DNA of 32,000 nucleotides from Haloquadratum walsbyi C23 (GCF_000237865.1 NC_017459.1:1680001-1712000), one strand, 5' to 3'; counted from the first letter of the stretch, positions 1 to 8,956 are shown. Numbers and translations: made by a program. The notes: a model not told the origin generated them from the letters alone.

Positions 1-773
1 GACTCGACCGTGGTAAATGTTGAGAGATTGACTTGTGGGGCTCCACGGAACTCACGTATATACACATCATCAAACCGGTATGTCTCACCAGATGAAAGGA
101 TCGACCGCGCTCCCCAATCAGTGAATGGCAATCGTCCGGACCCATCAGCAATCACACCGGAGTGAATCGTTGTTTCTCCGTCTCGTCCATCGATCACACG
201 CTCTTCAATCTCGATGATTTCAACATCGACAACCCGTCCTCGATTACCAGGTCGTAATTCAAGAAGTGAGCTATGACCACCGATCGGACACGGCAGATCA
301 TGTTCAACAACCGATATGGAATCGGTCTCAACAGCAACCGTTGAGGACTGTCCAATATTCAGTTCTGGTTGCCCATCCCACTCACGAACACCAGCGTTAC
401 CGATTGTAACTGAATCGCCTGGCTCAAATCCGAAATCCTGCCACGCAGTATATGAGATTGTGCCTGTCTCATCAGCGAGGATCCCCTCACGGATCACTTG
501 TTCATCACCTTGATACTGGATTGTCCGACAGCCAACTGTGATGACACGAACGGTGACAGTCACGTTTCCATCATCTATGTCAACCGCATCAACATCCTTT
601 GTTGACGGCACAGCAGCATTACCAGTGTCACTTCCATACTTTCGGCGAATACTTTGCACGGCCTCGTCAACCGGAACGCTGTATGCAACGAGGTTTTCTA
701 AGTCTGATTTGACCTCCGTTTTGTCAACACCGAGGGTGGAGGCAAGTTCCTCAGCGTGATCGTCTACGTCCAT
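1..773 (-). CDS. Replication protein A-type ssDNA-binding protein (OB-fold); 3-prime end cut by window edge
   Basis: Absent from the ORF track because it runs off the left edge. Manual reverse-complement translation from the ATG (rc of cat 771-773) gives MDVDDHAEELASTLGVDKTEVKSDLENLVAYSVPVDEAVQSIRRKYG... then VTVTVRVITVG...ILADETGTISYTAWQDF...GDSVTIGNAGVREWDGQPELNIG. This is the typical euryarchaeal RPA OB-fold pattern. No in-frame stop down to position 1. The + strand ORFs 316..513 and 538..759 are its shadows. Confidence 0.8.
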   Translation of the reverse strand, partial: MDVDDHAEELASTLGVDKTEVKSDLENLVAYSVPVDEAVQSIRRKYGSDTGNAAVPSTKDVDAVDIDDGNVTVTVRVITVGCRTIQYQGDEQVIREGILADETGTISYTAWQDFGFEPGDSVTIGNAGVREWDGQPELNIGQSSTVAVETDSISVVEHDLPCPIGGHSSLLELRPGNRGRVVDVEIIEIEERVIDGRDGETTIHSGVIADGSGRLPFTDWGARSILSSGETYRFDDVYIREFRGAPQVNLSTFTTVE

Positions 774-926
774 TGGTGTATACTTAGAACCGCCTATAAT
801 AAAAAGCGTTCCCGCAGATACCATCATATCGTATGCTATATGTGATGTATTATATATTATATGACATATATTGAGTATCCGCTCGATTCACCATAGGCTT
901 TTGACGTGTGACACCTCTTTTCTAGT

Positions 927-2180
927 ATGTCGTCTCGAACGATAGACCGGACACAACTCGCATGGTGGGTTATTGGATTCGCACTCGCTGGCGCTTTGAT
1001 ATTTGTCGTCTATTCGTTCATTGGAACAATCGTTTTTGGGCTATTCTTTTATTATGCGACGCGCCCGCTTTATCAACGAATTAACCGACAAATCGGTCCA
1101 CCAAGCCTGGCGGCTGCTATTGCACTATTATTACTGGCACTTCCAGCATTCTTATTAGTGTTATATACAGCAGCGATTGCAGCAAATGAATTGATTAAGC
1201 TCACAAATCAAACGCTCGTTCAACTCGTTGATTCACCAATTACCTCCCAACAACTAGCACAAATTACTGATATTGAGCGGCTTATTCAGATTGAATTGAC
1301 TCAATTAACGCCTGATCAGATTCGGCGTGTTTTCAGCTCGCTCGGGTCAGCAGGAAACTTCCTCTCAGTCATTGGCGTTGGGCTTGTTCATTTGTTTGTG
1401 ATGATTGCGCTTGCATTCTATCTCCTACGGGATGATCATCAACTCTCACGGTGGGTACGGAGCCGTTTTGGTGATGAACGTGGCGTTCTTGAGACGTATC
1501 TTGATGCAGTTGATAATGATTTCACAAGCATCTTTTTCGGTAATATTCTCAACGCAGTAATTACCGGAACGATTGGTGTATTAGCATACTCAATCTTAAA
1601 TATCACTGCACCAGCGGGGGTCGCTATTCCAGCAGCAGCGTTATTAGGTCTTGTCGCAGGGGTTGCAAGTCTTATTCCCGTTGTTGGAATGAAACTTGTC
1701 TACGTTCCAGTGGCTGTATACTTAGCTGTGACATCGTATTTCACAAATCCAGAAACACTTTGGTTTACGGCGAGCTTCGTTGCTGTCTCGCTCATTATTG
1801 TCGATACCATCCCTGACCTCGTGCTTCGACCATATGTCTCAGGGCGGCGACTTCATGTCGGTGCGGTGATGGTCGCATACACGTTTGGTCCGCTTTTGTT
1901 TGGATGGTATGGTATTTTCCTTGCACCGATTATTCTTGTATTGGTCGTCAACTTTGCGCTGTACGTGCTTCCAACACTCATTTCACGTGAGCAAATACGT
2001 CCATATAGCGTTGACCCAGGTGTTGCTGTTCGTCAACAGCAGATATCTGTGTCAGACAGTGTTGTCGTTGGCGATGGTCATGGTAGAAGAAAAGATAGCT
2101 CGGCTGAGAAGTCCAGTGTGAAAGAGGATGCTGCGGTATCTGATGTCGATGAATCGGATGAATCGGATGGATCGTCTTGA
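927..2180 (+). CDS. AI-2E family transporter (UPF0118/PerM-like) with acidic C-terminal tail
   Basis: 417-aa ORF with about 8 hydrophobic helices. Layout is typical of this family: N-terminal helices, a soluble insert, LRDDHQLSRWV, then C-terminal helices. The tail DVDESDESDGSS is encoded by a 9-bp near-tandem repeat at 2148-2174. Confidence 0.75.
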   Translation: MSSRTIDRTQLAWWVIGFALAGALIFVVYSFIGTIVFGLFFYYATRPLYQRINRQIGPPSLAAAIALLLLALPAFLLVLYTAAIAANELIKLTNQTLVQLVDSPITSQQLAQITDIERLIQIELTQLTPDQIRRVFSSLGSAGNFLSVIGVGLVHLFVMIALAFYLLRDDHQLSRWVRSRFGDERGVLETYLDAVDNDFTSIFFGNILNAVITGTIGVLAYSILNITAPAGVAIPAAALLGLVAGVASLIPVVGMKLVYVPVAVYLAVTSYFTNPETLWFTASFVAVSLIIVDTIPDLVLRPYVSGRRLHVGAVMVAYTFGPLLFGWYGIFLAPIILVLVVNFALYVLPTLISREQIRPYSVDPGVAVRQQQISVSDSVVVGDGHGRRKDSSAEKSSVKEDAAVSDVDESDESDGSS

Positions 2181-2253
2181 TATCACTCTTCAATTAACTC
2201 AATAAGAGATGTACAGATTGCTATGCCGACTCCCCGGAGTGAATGTATGCTAG

Positions 2254-2547
2254 CTATTCGAATCCCTCAAATGAAATTTCAATGTATGATCCCTCCCAAT
2301 CTGCCCTAGCATCAATTTCTCGCTGACCTCGTCGGGTAAGGCTGTAGTAGTTTGTCCGTCTGTCAAGCTCTCCTTTATCGATGAGTCCTTTCTCGACAAG
2401 CGTGTCAAGATTCGGATATAAACGTCCATGATGAATCTCCTTTTCATAATAACTTTCAAGTTCGTCTTTTATTGCAAGCCCATGTGGTTTCTCCAAGCCA
2501 GCAATCACGTACAACAGATCACGCTGAAATCCTGTCAAGTCATACAT
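2254..2547 (-). CDS. PadR family transcriptional regulator (winged helix)
   Basis: 97 aa. Contains LTGFQRDLLYVIAGLEKPHGLAIKDELESYY...HGRLYPNLDTLVEKGLI...TNYYSLTRRG, which matches the PadR wHTH signature. Confidence 0.85.
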   Translation of the reverse strand: MYDLTGFQRDLLYVIAGLEKPHGLAIKDELESYYEKEIHHGRLYPNLDTLVEKGLIDKGELDRRTNYYSLTRRGQREIDARADWEGSYIEISFEGFE

Positions 2548-2895
2548 CGTTGAACTATGTTGTTATGTTAGTATTCAAAAGAATAAACATGTCGAATGGG
2601 CGTGAATAACGGAGCTTACCTGCTTAACACAGACAGATGCGTATACTCAGTATCTATACGTCTCCATATCATATCAAATACTGAATAGTATTTATATAAT
2701 ATTTCACATATATTTCCGGGAATAGATTAATAATTTTATATTTATTACACGTATCTATCAATTGCATACCTTACCAGTGGCATATTCATTCATATAATTA
2801 AGACAGAATATTCAATCAAATATCATTCGACGTGAATTACGATCACATCAAATAGTAATATATCATATACTTCAAACATTCAAAACGGAAAGCAA

Positions 2896-2972
2896 CCCGC
2901 GTAAATTACGCGGGCGCCTGCCGTCTAAAATTGGTCCCCGCTGACGCTTCGGCCCTCCAAAGCGAAGCGTCA
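2896..2972. other. GC-rich island with two perfect inverted repeats; candidate small ncRNA or protein-binding site
   Basis: cccgcgtaa-a-ttacgcggg (2896-2914) has 9-bp arms. tgacgcttcg-N11-cgaagcgtca (2942-2972) has 10-bp arms. Both sit inside an otherwise very AT-rich 470-bp spacer. A TATA-like taatatat lies at about 2857-2864, roughly 30 nt upstream of the island. Confidence 0.3.
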
Positions 2973-3066
2973 TATATGTGATTTCGCGTTAGAGGTTTAA
3001 TACTATCGGCTATTCATGTCGCTATGTTCACGACGCGCTTTTCCTTATTGGATGGGCAGTTTACAT

Positions 3067-3849
3067 ATGGAGATTCGGGGTCAGCGCCAATGTAGTGAAT
3101 GTGGTCATGAATGGTCATACTTTGACACAGGACAGGTTGCCTGCCCAGCATGTGGTAGTCTCAAAAGCGTCGGGCGTGGAGAGCGAAAAACACATACTGA
3201 CAGTGCTATTGAATTAGATCTTTCAGCTCATCAGCAAGCGCTTGATGCGGAGACCGATGTTTCTATGATCGCAGAAGGTCTTACCACAACACTTCGTGAC
3301 TATATTCGTCAGCGAGGGTTCCTCAATGGAGGAACGTTGCAGCCTCCAGATGATACACTGCTTTCGGCGGCTGAACTCTTACATGCAGTTGATGTTCTTG
3401 ATCGCTGTCGTCATCCAACAGATGAAGCACGATTGTATGTAACTAAATTGCTCGGCGTCGCAAATGATGGTCATCGACCAACCCCAAATTCAGTTCCAAC
3501 ATCACTGACAACCGCACGTGGACTCGCATATACCGAGGTTCTCTCTACATTTCATCAGGATTTCACTAAATGGATCACTGAAGAGTCATCAGTCATGGAT
3601 GGATCCGTACAGAGCGTCACAGAAATCCAAGAGTCTGACGTATCTATTCACCAACTCCGCGAGCGACTCGACACGCACCTTACTCGCAGCGAGGCGTTGC
3701 AAGGAGATATTCCAGTCGAGACAAGCGAGAGATTCGTTATAATAGCTCGAAAGTTACACCATGGAGTTGTAAATCATGACACAGACGCACTTGAAACCGC
3801 GCGGATGAAACTTAATTCAGTTAGTTTTGATTCGCCAGCCGCAGAGTAA
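3067..3849 (+). CDS. Conserved haloarchaeal zinc-ribbon protein of unknown function
   Basis: The ORF is open from 3016, but the TATA-like tttaata at about 2996-3002 is too close to 3016. The ATG at 3067 (MEIRGQRQCSECGHEWSYFDTGQVACPACGSLKS) or at 3052 is more likely the start. There is a CxxC-N17-CxxC zinc ribbon followed by an acidic helical region of about 230 aa. Confidence 0.65.
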   Translation: MEIRGQRQCSECGHEWSYFDTGQVACPACGSLKSVGRGERKTHTDSAIELDLSAHQQALDAETDVSMIAEGLTTTLRDYIRQRGFLNGGTLQPPDDTLLSAAELLHAVDVLDRCRHPTDEARLYVTKLLGVANDGHRPTPNSVPTSLTTARGLAYTEVLSTFHQDFTKWITEESSVMDGSVQSVTEIQESDVSIHQLRERLDTHLTRSEALQGDIPVETSERFVIIARKLHHGVVNHDTDALETARMKLNSVSFDSPAAE

Positions 3850-4109
3850 GCGATAAGTATCGACGTCAGTCGGCGATCTTCATGTATCATCACTACATTA
3901 TATTCTCTGAGCAAGTCTATATGTGACACTCTCGCCTATTGTGAGCCGCTTGGGATTAAGTCCCGAGGCACTCACCTTGCTTTCTCTGGAAATAATATGA
4001 GTTTCTTAGGATACAAAATCACTCACAATTCACAAAGAGCTCATATTTACAAAAGCTATCAATATGACTTTATAAACATAGATACTGATAGAGATGATAT
4101 ATCAAATGA

Positions 4110-5288
4110 TCAATCTGCAGCAGATGGGTCCGCAGGCGTCTCAGTCGCCTCGGGATCGACTGCAGACTGTGGGTCACCAGCACCCCCAAGAAGCGCATCG
4201 ATCGACCATCGACCCCCTCCAGTGATGAGAAGTGCTGATGCAAGTCCGAAAAGTGAGATATGTGCAAGCACAGGGTCATCAGGGAGACCAAACAGTGTCG
4301 TCGTGAACAAAATAAATGAGACGGCTGAAGCCGTTCGGGTAAATGCACCAAAGAATAGCACCGCTCCAACAGCCATTTCGGTCACACCAGCACCAATAAT
4401 CCACAGTTCTGGACTTACTGGAACAACAGCAGTTAAGTTATATTTTGCAACGACCGCAGCAGCATCACCAGGATTCATGATTTTCTGTGTCACACCGAGA
4501 TACATGAAAGAAATTCCAAGCCCAACGCGAATCACGATTGGGACGAGCCATGTATATCCTGACACTCGTTCGACAAACGGAACAGCAACTGCCCGATAAA
4601 ATGGGTCGATTCGTGAGTAAACTGTGTCTTTGGCTGCGAGTCGCGCAACAACTTGATCAGCACTTGGTCGACCACCACCTAGTAATGCAATTGCAGTGAG
4701 TGCAGGCACGTACTCAAATGCCAGTAGTAAGGTTGGTTCCAGTATAAGCCCGCCAGTGTAACCGACGAGTGAGACAAACGCCATCAGACGCGTGCCGAAT
4801 CCGAAGAGGAGCAGAAACCCAGTTGTGACCCCAAATAACCGAACAAATACTGGAGGACCAATCGTGACAGCCGGTGAAAAGAAATATCCAGAAAATCCGG
4901 CACCGACAAGTGGAAGCCCAACACTCAAACGAAGAAGCCAGGAAAGAAGATCGCGGTATTCTCCCATCGTCTGACGAAAAACGGCAAGGTCGCGGCGAAA
5001 TGGGCGTATTTGCAAATAGAGTGTTGCTGCAACAATACCAAAGAGACCACCACCAGCAAGAAGTATAAGATTGAATGGATCTGTTAGTGCACGACCCAAG
5101 AATTCGGCAACAGCTACTGGGTCACCCCCGGGTGTGACATATTTCACATGTGCGCTCACTCGACCGGTCGCAAGGGTAACTGGCGCGATGAGACATAATG
5201 ATAGTATCAATCCCAGTCGCAACCGGATACATCTCGTTTTCTGAGAACACGATTGTTCTTGCGATTGTGAATCCGAATCACCTAACAT
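4110..5288 (-). CDS. DoxX-like multi-pass membrane protein with N-terminal signal/anchor
   Basis: 392 aa. Two DoxX-like segments are visible: LLRLSVGLPLVGAGFSGYF and VIRVGLGISFMYLGVTQKIMNP. The N-terminal hydrophobic segment is LGLILSLCLIAPVTLATG. The + ORFs 3997..4599, 4792..4974 and 4874..5068 are shadows. Confidence 0.6.
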   Translation of the reverse strand: MLGDSDSQSQEQSCSQKTRCIRLRLGLILSLCLIAPVTLATGRVSAHVKYVTPGGDPVAVAEFLGRALTDPFNLILLAGGGLFGIVAATLYLQIRPFRRDLAVFRQTMGEYRDLLSWLLRLSVGLPLVGAGFSGYFFSPAVTIGPPVFVRLFGVTTGFLLLFGFGTRLMAFVSLVGYTGGLILEPTLLLAFEYVPALTAIALLGGGRPSADQVVARLAAKDTVYSRIDPFYRAVAVPFVERVSGYTWLVPIVIRVGLGISFMYLGVTQKIMNPGDAAAVVAKYNLTAVVPVSPELWIIGAGVTEMAVGAVLFFGAFTRTASAVSFILFTTTLFGLPDDPVLAHISLFGLASALLITGGGRWSIDALLGGAGDPQSAVDPEATETPADPSAAD

Positions 5289-5338
5289 ATCAGTTATGAC
5301 GACCCGGTAAGAATTAAATTCACTGGCAAATGATTATT

Positions 5339-5345
5339 TATGTTA
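5339..5345. repeat. Target-site duplication (left copy) tatgtta
   Basis: An identical 7-mer lies directly outside the right IS end at 6631-6637. Confidence 0.7.
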
Positions 5346-5367
5346 CTCGGCTCTGCACGTTTAAATA
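5346..5367. repeat. IS left terminal inverted repeat
   Basis: See the IS element entry. Pairs with 6609-6630. Confidence 0.8.
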
Positions 5368-5397
5368 GGGGCGTGATGTAGGCAGCATTGAAACTTG

Positions 5398-6615
5398 ATG
5401 CTGCCGATTACGGATTTCCTCTCGTGCACCGACGTGCTGGATGAATTCGACTCGCTATCATATCATCAAACGACTCACGCCAAAACGTACGTGACAGGTC
5501 TTGCTGCGGGCCGCAGCAAGACTGTAACCGGAATTGCACGAGAGGTCCTTCCTGCCGGAAGTGACCGAGCACTCAACAAGTTCATCACCGAATACGATTG
5601 GGATGAGGATCAGCTCAATCACGAGCGGTTAGAGGAACTGCAAAAACACGGAGAGACACGCTGGTCACAAAACGGCTATATCGTTATTGACGATTCAGTC
5701 ATCCAGCGAACCGGGAAGTCCCTTCCCGGTGCTGGAGAGTTCTACGATCACTCTGAGGGTGAGCCTGTTTGGGGACAGAACCTCGTCTACGCGTTCTATA
5801 CCGATGATAAAACGTCCTATCCACTTGCTTTTCGCCAGTACGAGAAGGTCGACGACGAGGACGAGGAAGACGAACAGGAGACAAAATACGACCTCGCACG
5901 AGAGATAATCACGGAATTAGAAGAAGAGGTAGGTGTGCCTGCGGGCACCTACCTCTTCGATGCATGGTTTGCTCATGACTCCGGTCTGATCGAACACGTC
6001 GAATCACACGGCAAGGACTGGATTGGACCACTACGGGGCAACCGACAGGTGACCTACGCGAACAAAGAGAGACGCGTCGATGCGCTCGAAGAGTGCATCG
6101 ACAAGGAAGAGCGAGAAGTTGACGGTGAAACGTACAAAATTTGGACTAAGACAGTCCCTGTCTCGAAATTAGGTGAAGTTCGGCTGGTAATCACAGAGAA
6201 GGTTACCGATGAGGACAAAGAGAATCCAGTAAAGTATCTTGCGACGAGCAAGATTGACGCGCCTTCGGCACACATTATTCGGAGCTATTCGTACAGATGG
6301 CGAGTAGAGACATTCTTCGAGGACTCGAAAGAGGATCTTGGCTTAGGAGACTGCGAGGTTCGTGATTCTGACGGTGCCAGTCGTCACTGGCACCTTCAGA
6401 TGCTGGCCTACAGCCTTCTTCGGCTTGGTCCGGAATCGAGCGCCTCGGAGCGACTTGTCTCGAAAGCCTCGTCGCTCCGATCACAACTCGAACACGGTCT
6501 CAAGGAGACGATCTACAACATGTTTTCCTGGGTGCGCGATCAACCAGACCGCGATCTCGATGGACTGATGGAAGACATTGACCACCTCTTTCTCCATTCT
6601 GAGGGTAGTTTATAA
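5398..6615 (+). CDS. DDE transposase (IS701-like)
   Basis: 405 aa from the ATG at 5398 (the ORF track starts at TTG 5395). N-terminal TYVTGLAAGRSKTVTGIARE. Catalytic-type motifs: IVIDDSVIQRTGK, YLFDAWFAHD and YRWRVETFFEDSKEDLGLGDCEVR (the Y-x2-R-x3-E-x6-K-like end of IS4/IS701 transposases). Confidence 0.85.
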   Translation: MLPITDFLSCTDVLDEFDSLSYHQTTHAKTYVTGLAAGRSKTVTGIAREVLPAGSDRALNKFITEYDWDEDQLNHERLEELQKHGETRWSQNGYIVIDDSVIQRTGKSLPGAGEFYDHSEGEPVWGQNLVYAFYTDDKTSYPLAFRQYEKVDDEDEEDEQETKYDLAREIITELEEEVGVPAGTYLFDAWFAHDSGLIEHVESHGKDWIGPLRGNRQVTYANKERRVDALEECIDKEEREVDGETYKIWTKTVPVSKLGEVRLVITEKVTDEDKENPVKYLATSKIDAPSAHIIRSYSYRWRVETFFEDSKEDLGLGDCEVRDSDGASRHWHLQMLAYSLLRLGPESSASERLVSKASSLRSQLEHGLKETIYNMFSWVRDQPDRDLDGLMEDIDHLFLHSEGSL

Positions 6616-6630
6616 ACGTGCAGAGTCGAG
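6609..6630. repeat. IS right terminal inverted repeat
   Basis: The transposase stop codon TAA (6613-6615) lies inside this repeat. Confidence 0.8.
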
Positions 6631-6637
6631 TATGTTA
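6631..6637. repeat. Target-site duplication (right copy) tatgtta
   Basis: Identical to 5339-5345. Confidence 0.7.
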
Positions 6638-6698
6638 TTCTCCCGGTTTTGAGCGTCTAAGTGCATCTATGCAGATAATGTAAACTGTCTAGATTTAA

Positions 6699-7148
6699 TT
6701 ATTCTTGATAAGCAACACGAACCTGTTTCCACTTTCCGGCTGCTTCAAGATGGCTTTGTAGCTCATCAGCATACGCTTGCGCAAGACGTTCAGCTGCTTC
6801 AAGACGTTCCTCATCACTCCCATTATCATCACTTCCAAGTCCTAGGACACCTTTTATCGATTCGACAACACCACCACCGGAGCCACCACCGGTATCTCCT
6901 GGTGATCCTCCCATTTGTGACATCTGTGATTGAACAGTGTCAAGTTCAGGCATAATCTGTGAGAGATTTTCTGTATCTGCGATAAGCCGCGCTGTCTCAG
7001 GGTTATCTGCATTTTCAATATCAAGTTCAGTGGCAGTCATGATCAGCCCCCACTCTTGATTTGAAAATTCTGAGGCAGTGACACGATCATTGAATTCCCT
7101 GTCGACTGTCATCCGATCGCCGACAATACTGTCGGTCCACTCAGACAT
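6699..7148 (-). CDS. Conserved haloarchaeal hypothetical protein (DUF5799-like), acidic, Gly-rich linker
   Basis: The ORF is open to the GTG at 7235. The ATG at 7148 gives MSEWTDSIVGDRMTVDREFNDRVTASEFSNQEWGLIMTATELDIENADNPE, which resembles the usual N-terminus of this haloarchaea-specific family as I recall it. The family name needs an HMM check. Confidence 0.6.
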   Translation of the reverse strand: MSEWTDSIVGDRMTVDREFNDRVTASEFSNQEWGLIMTATELDIENADNPETARLIADTENLSQIMPELDTVQSQMSQMGGSPGDTGGGSGGGVVESIKGVLGLGSDDNGSDEERLEAAERLAQAYADELQSHLEAAGKWKQVRVAYQE

Positions 7149-7334
7149 ATTCTCGCGTAAGTCATTAGCTGTTTTGAGCGTTTCCCTACCATTGTTTTGT
7201 GTTATGTTATTTTCTTCCGGGCTCTCCGATTTCACTCAGGATTGAGACACGGCGAAACAGATAATCGAGATAGAACCAATCAACGAGATCATAGAGTGAA
7301 AAGGGTAATCTATCTGAGTTATTATTAGTACGAT

Positions 7335-8792
7335 ATGGACCGATATGATCGTCTTTACGCCCTCTATGAAAATTTCCCAACAGACACACTACGGGATCGA
7401 CAGAACTTCATTGACTTATTCCCTCCTGTTGATTCTCGTGTTGCACTTGAGTACTGGGAAGATGCCCATAATGAACTCCAGGCACAAAAAGATGAAATCC
7501 GTGATGCATTCGCAAACAAGGACGGTCATGAGCGTGAGACAACAATTGATCAGGAAGGGAGTTACAGTACATCGATAACCACAGCCGAGAACGAAGCAGT
7601 TGAGCCTGAGACGATGGCTGCGATTGCCTCTCAAGCAACGCGTGAACAAGCGTTTACCGCACTTGATCTCTGTATGAAATATCAGCGGAGAATAAATGCA
7701 CTCGTGCTTGATGTCGATGAGACGCTTCGCTCTGCTGGTGGGACAGATAATGAGATCCCCCGTGAGACACTGCATCATCTGACAGAAATTCATGAAAGGG
7801 GTATTCCAATCATCATCTGTACGGGACAGACGCTTGAAAATGTCAAAGGCTTTGCAATTCAAGGGCTTGGAAGTGAATTAGTTCATTCTGGCGACATTAG
7901 CATTGTCTATGAGGCAGGAACCGGAGTTTTTACCCCAGGTCATGGCTCGGACACAAAACGATTGCTCTATGCAGAACTGGATTCAGAGATTCAGTCTATC
8001 TTTACACAAGTTCGCTCACGGGTACTTCCAGAAGCACCAGAAACAATACAACAATCAGCACATCTTCAGGGAAATGAATTCAATATTACGTTAAAACCCA
8101 ATTATGAGACTGGAAGTGACGCAGCAGAGACGGTAATTGATGAGGGACTGTGCTATCTCGTTGATCTTCTTGGGGATATCGTCACAACGGCTGTCGATAT
8201 AGATGATGAGACAGTTGTCTCAATACGGAATGACATGACAGCTGATGTGGATATCTCCTCAGTGTCAGACGGCGCTTCTGACGACAATATTGCCTCAAGA
8301 GTGCAAACTGAGGATATCTATGATATCGGTGCACTGTGGGCACGAGCCTACTACGCGTCTGCTGATCCAGAAATCGCGACTGTTCTTGAAGACGCAGACG
8401 CAGCACCAACGATAGATCCAGATTCGATTCCTACCTCAGTTCGCACGCGTTTCGATCGGATTGATATTGCATATTATCATGCCGATGCGGCTGAGATTGG
8501 ATCACTTGATCTTGACAAGCCAACCGGTGTGCAAGGAGCACTTGATGTGCTCGACATTGAGGATCCATTTGTGCTTATTATGGGCGATAGCAAGTCGGAT
8601 CTTCGAATCATGGAATGGGCTCAGACACATGATGCAGGTATCGCTGCTGCACCTCGACACGCATCAACGCGCGTATTAGAGCATGTTCGAACAACAGATG
8701 ACCTTGTGTATGAACCAGGCGATGCAGCGTCAATCCTCCGCACTATCTCTGTTCTCAATCATCTTGATCCGATAGAATATGAGTCATCCTGA
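7335..8792 (+). CDS. HAD-superfamily (IIB-like) hydrolase with about 115-aa N-terminal extension and acidic cap insert
   Basis: 485 aa. HAD motif I is LVLDVDETLRS. The Thr motif is IICTGQT. Motif IV is IMGDSKSDLRIMEWA. The cap region contains a long Asp/Ser-rich insert. Confidence 0.7.
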   Translation: MDRYDRLYALYENFPTDTLRDRQNFIDLFPPVDSRVALEYWEDAHNELQAQKDEIRDAFANKDGHERETTIDQEGSYSTSITTAENEAVEPETMAAIASQATREQAFTALDLCMKYQRRINALVLDVDETLRSAGGTDNEIPRETLHHLTEIHERGIPIIICTGQTLENVKGFAIQGLGSELVHSGDISIVYEAGTGVFTPGHGSDTKRLLYAELDSEIQSIFTQVRSRVLPEAPETIQQSAHLQGNEFNITLKPNYETGSDAAETVIDEGLCYLVDLLGDIVTTAVDIDDETVVSIRNDMTADVDISSVSDGASDDNIASRVQTEDIYDIGALWARAYYASADPEIATVLEDADAAPTIDPDSIPTSVRTRFDRIDIAYYHADAAEIGSLDLDKPTGVQGALDVLDIEDPFVLIMGDSKSDLRIMEWAQTHDAGIAAAPRHASTRVLEHVRTTDDLVYEPGDAASILRTISVLNHLDPIEYESS

Positions 8793-8956
8793 ACTGATGT
8801 CATAATTTGCTCCGTTCGATCGATTCCATCCTGACAAGCAATATAGTGGAGTATCCCAGGGACTATTTGTGACTCTGAGGTGGTGTGCAGCATTTGTAAC
8901 AGCCAGGAAATATGCGTTCTCGGAAGATTTACCTTTTTTCGAGTAAATGTCTTGAT

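Larger units (their letters stand above)
5346..6630 (+). mobile_element. Intact IS element, 1285 bp, single DDE transposase (IS701-like / IS4 superfamily)
   Basis: Terminal inverted repeats: ctcggctctgcacgtttaaata (5346-5367) versus the rc of 6609-6630, ctcgactctgcacgtttataaa. They match 17/18 over the first 18 nt and 19/22 overall. Flanked by the 7-bp direct repeat tatgtta. The transposase ORF is uninterrupted. Confidence 0.85.

Noticed and set aside
2148-2174. 9-bp near-tandem repeat gatgaatcg x2 plus gatggatcg
   Set aside because: It simply encodes the acidic DESDESDGS tail of the AI-2E transporter. It is not an independent repeat element, although it could be length-variable.
2640-2693. 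Dyads cgtata-N9-tatacg (2640-2660) and aaatact-N4-agtattt (2676-2693) upstream of the PadR gene, considered as possible autoregulatory operators
   Set aside because: Arms of 6-7 bp with flexible spacing are expected tens of times by chance in 32 kb, especially in AT-rich DNA. No second copy or conservation evidence is available.
2640-2880. A very AT-rich block of about 240 bp that could be a DNA-unwinding element of a replication origin. It contains one accagtggca resembling the core of an archaeal origin-recognition box.
   Set aside because: There is only a single weak ORB-like match, with no repeated or inverted ORB copies with G-strings and no adjacent orc1/cdc6 gene. Long AT-rich spacers occur throughout this window.
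3941-3975. Hairpin gtgag...ctcac with an inner ggga/tccc stem, lying between the convergent genes ending at 3849 and 4110
   Set aside because: The stems are short (5 + 4 bp) and fall within chance expectation. At most it is a minor terminator-associated structure.
3997-4599. 200-aa plus-strand ORF, and similar long ORFs at 7416..7862 (-), 9513..10130 (+), 13274..13825 (+), 12020..12322 (+), 15966..16322 (+), 21242..21721 (+) and 30571..31095 (-)
   Set aside because: All lie antisense to, or out of frame within, much better supported genes. They have Ser/Arg/Cys/His-rich, non-acidic compositions unlike the surrounding halophilic proteins. They are classic shadow ORFs.
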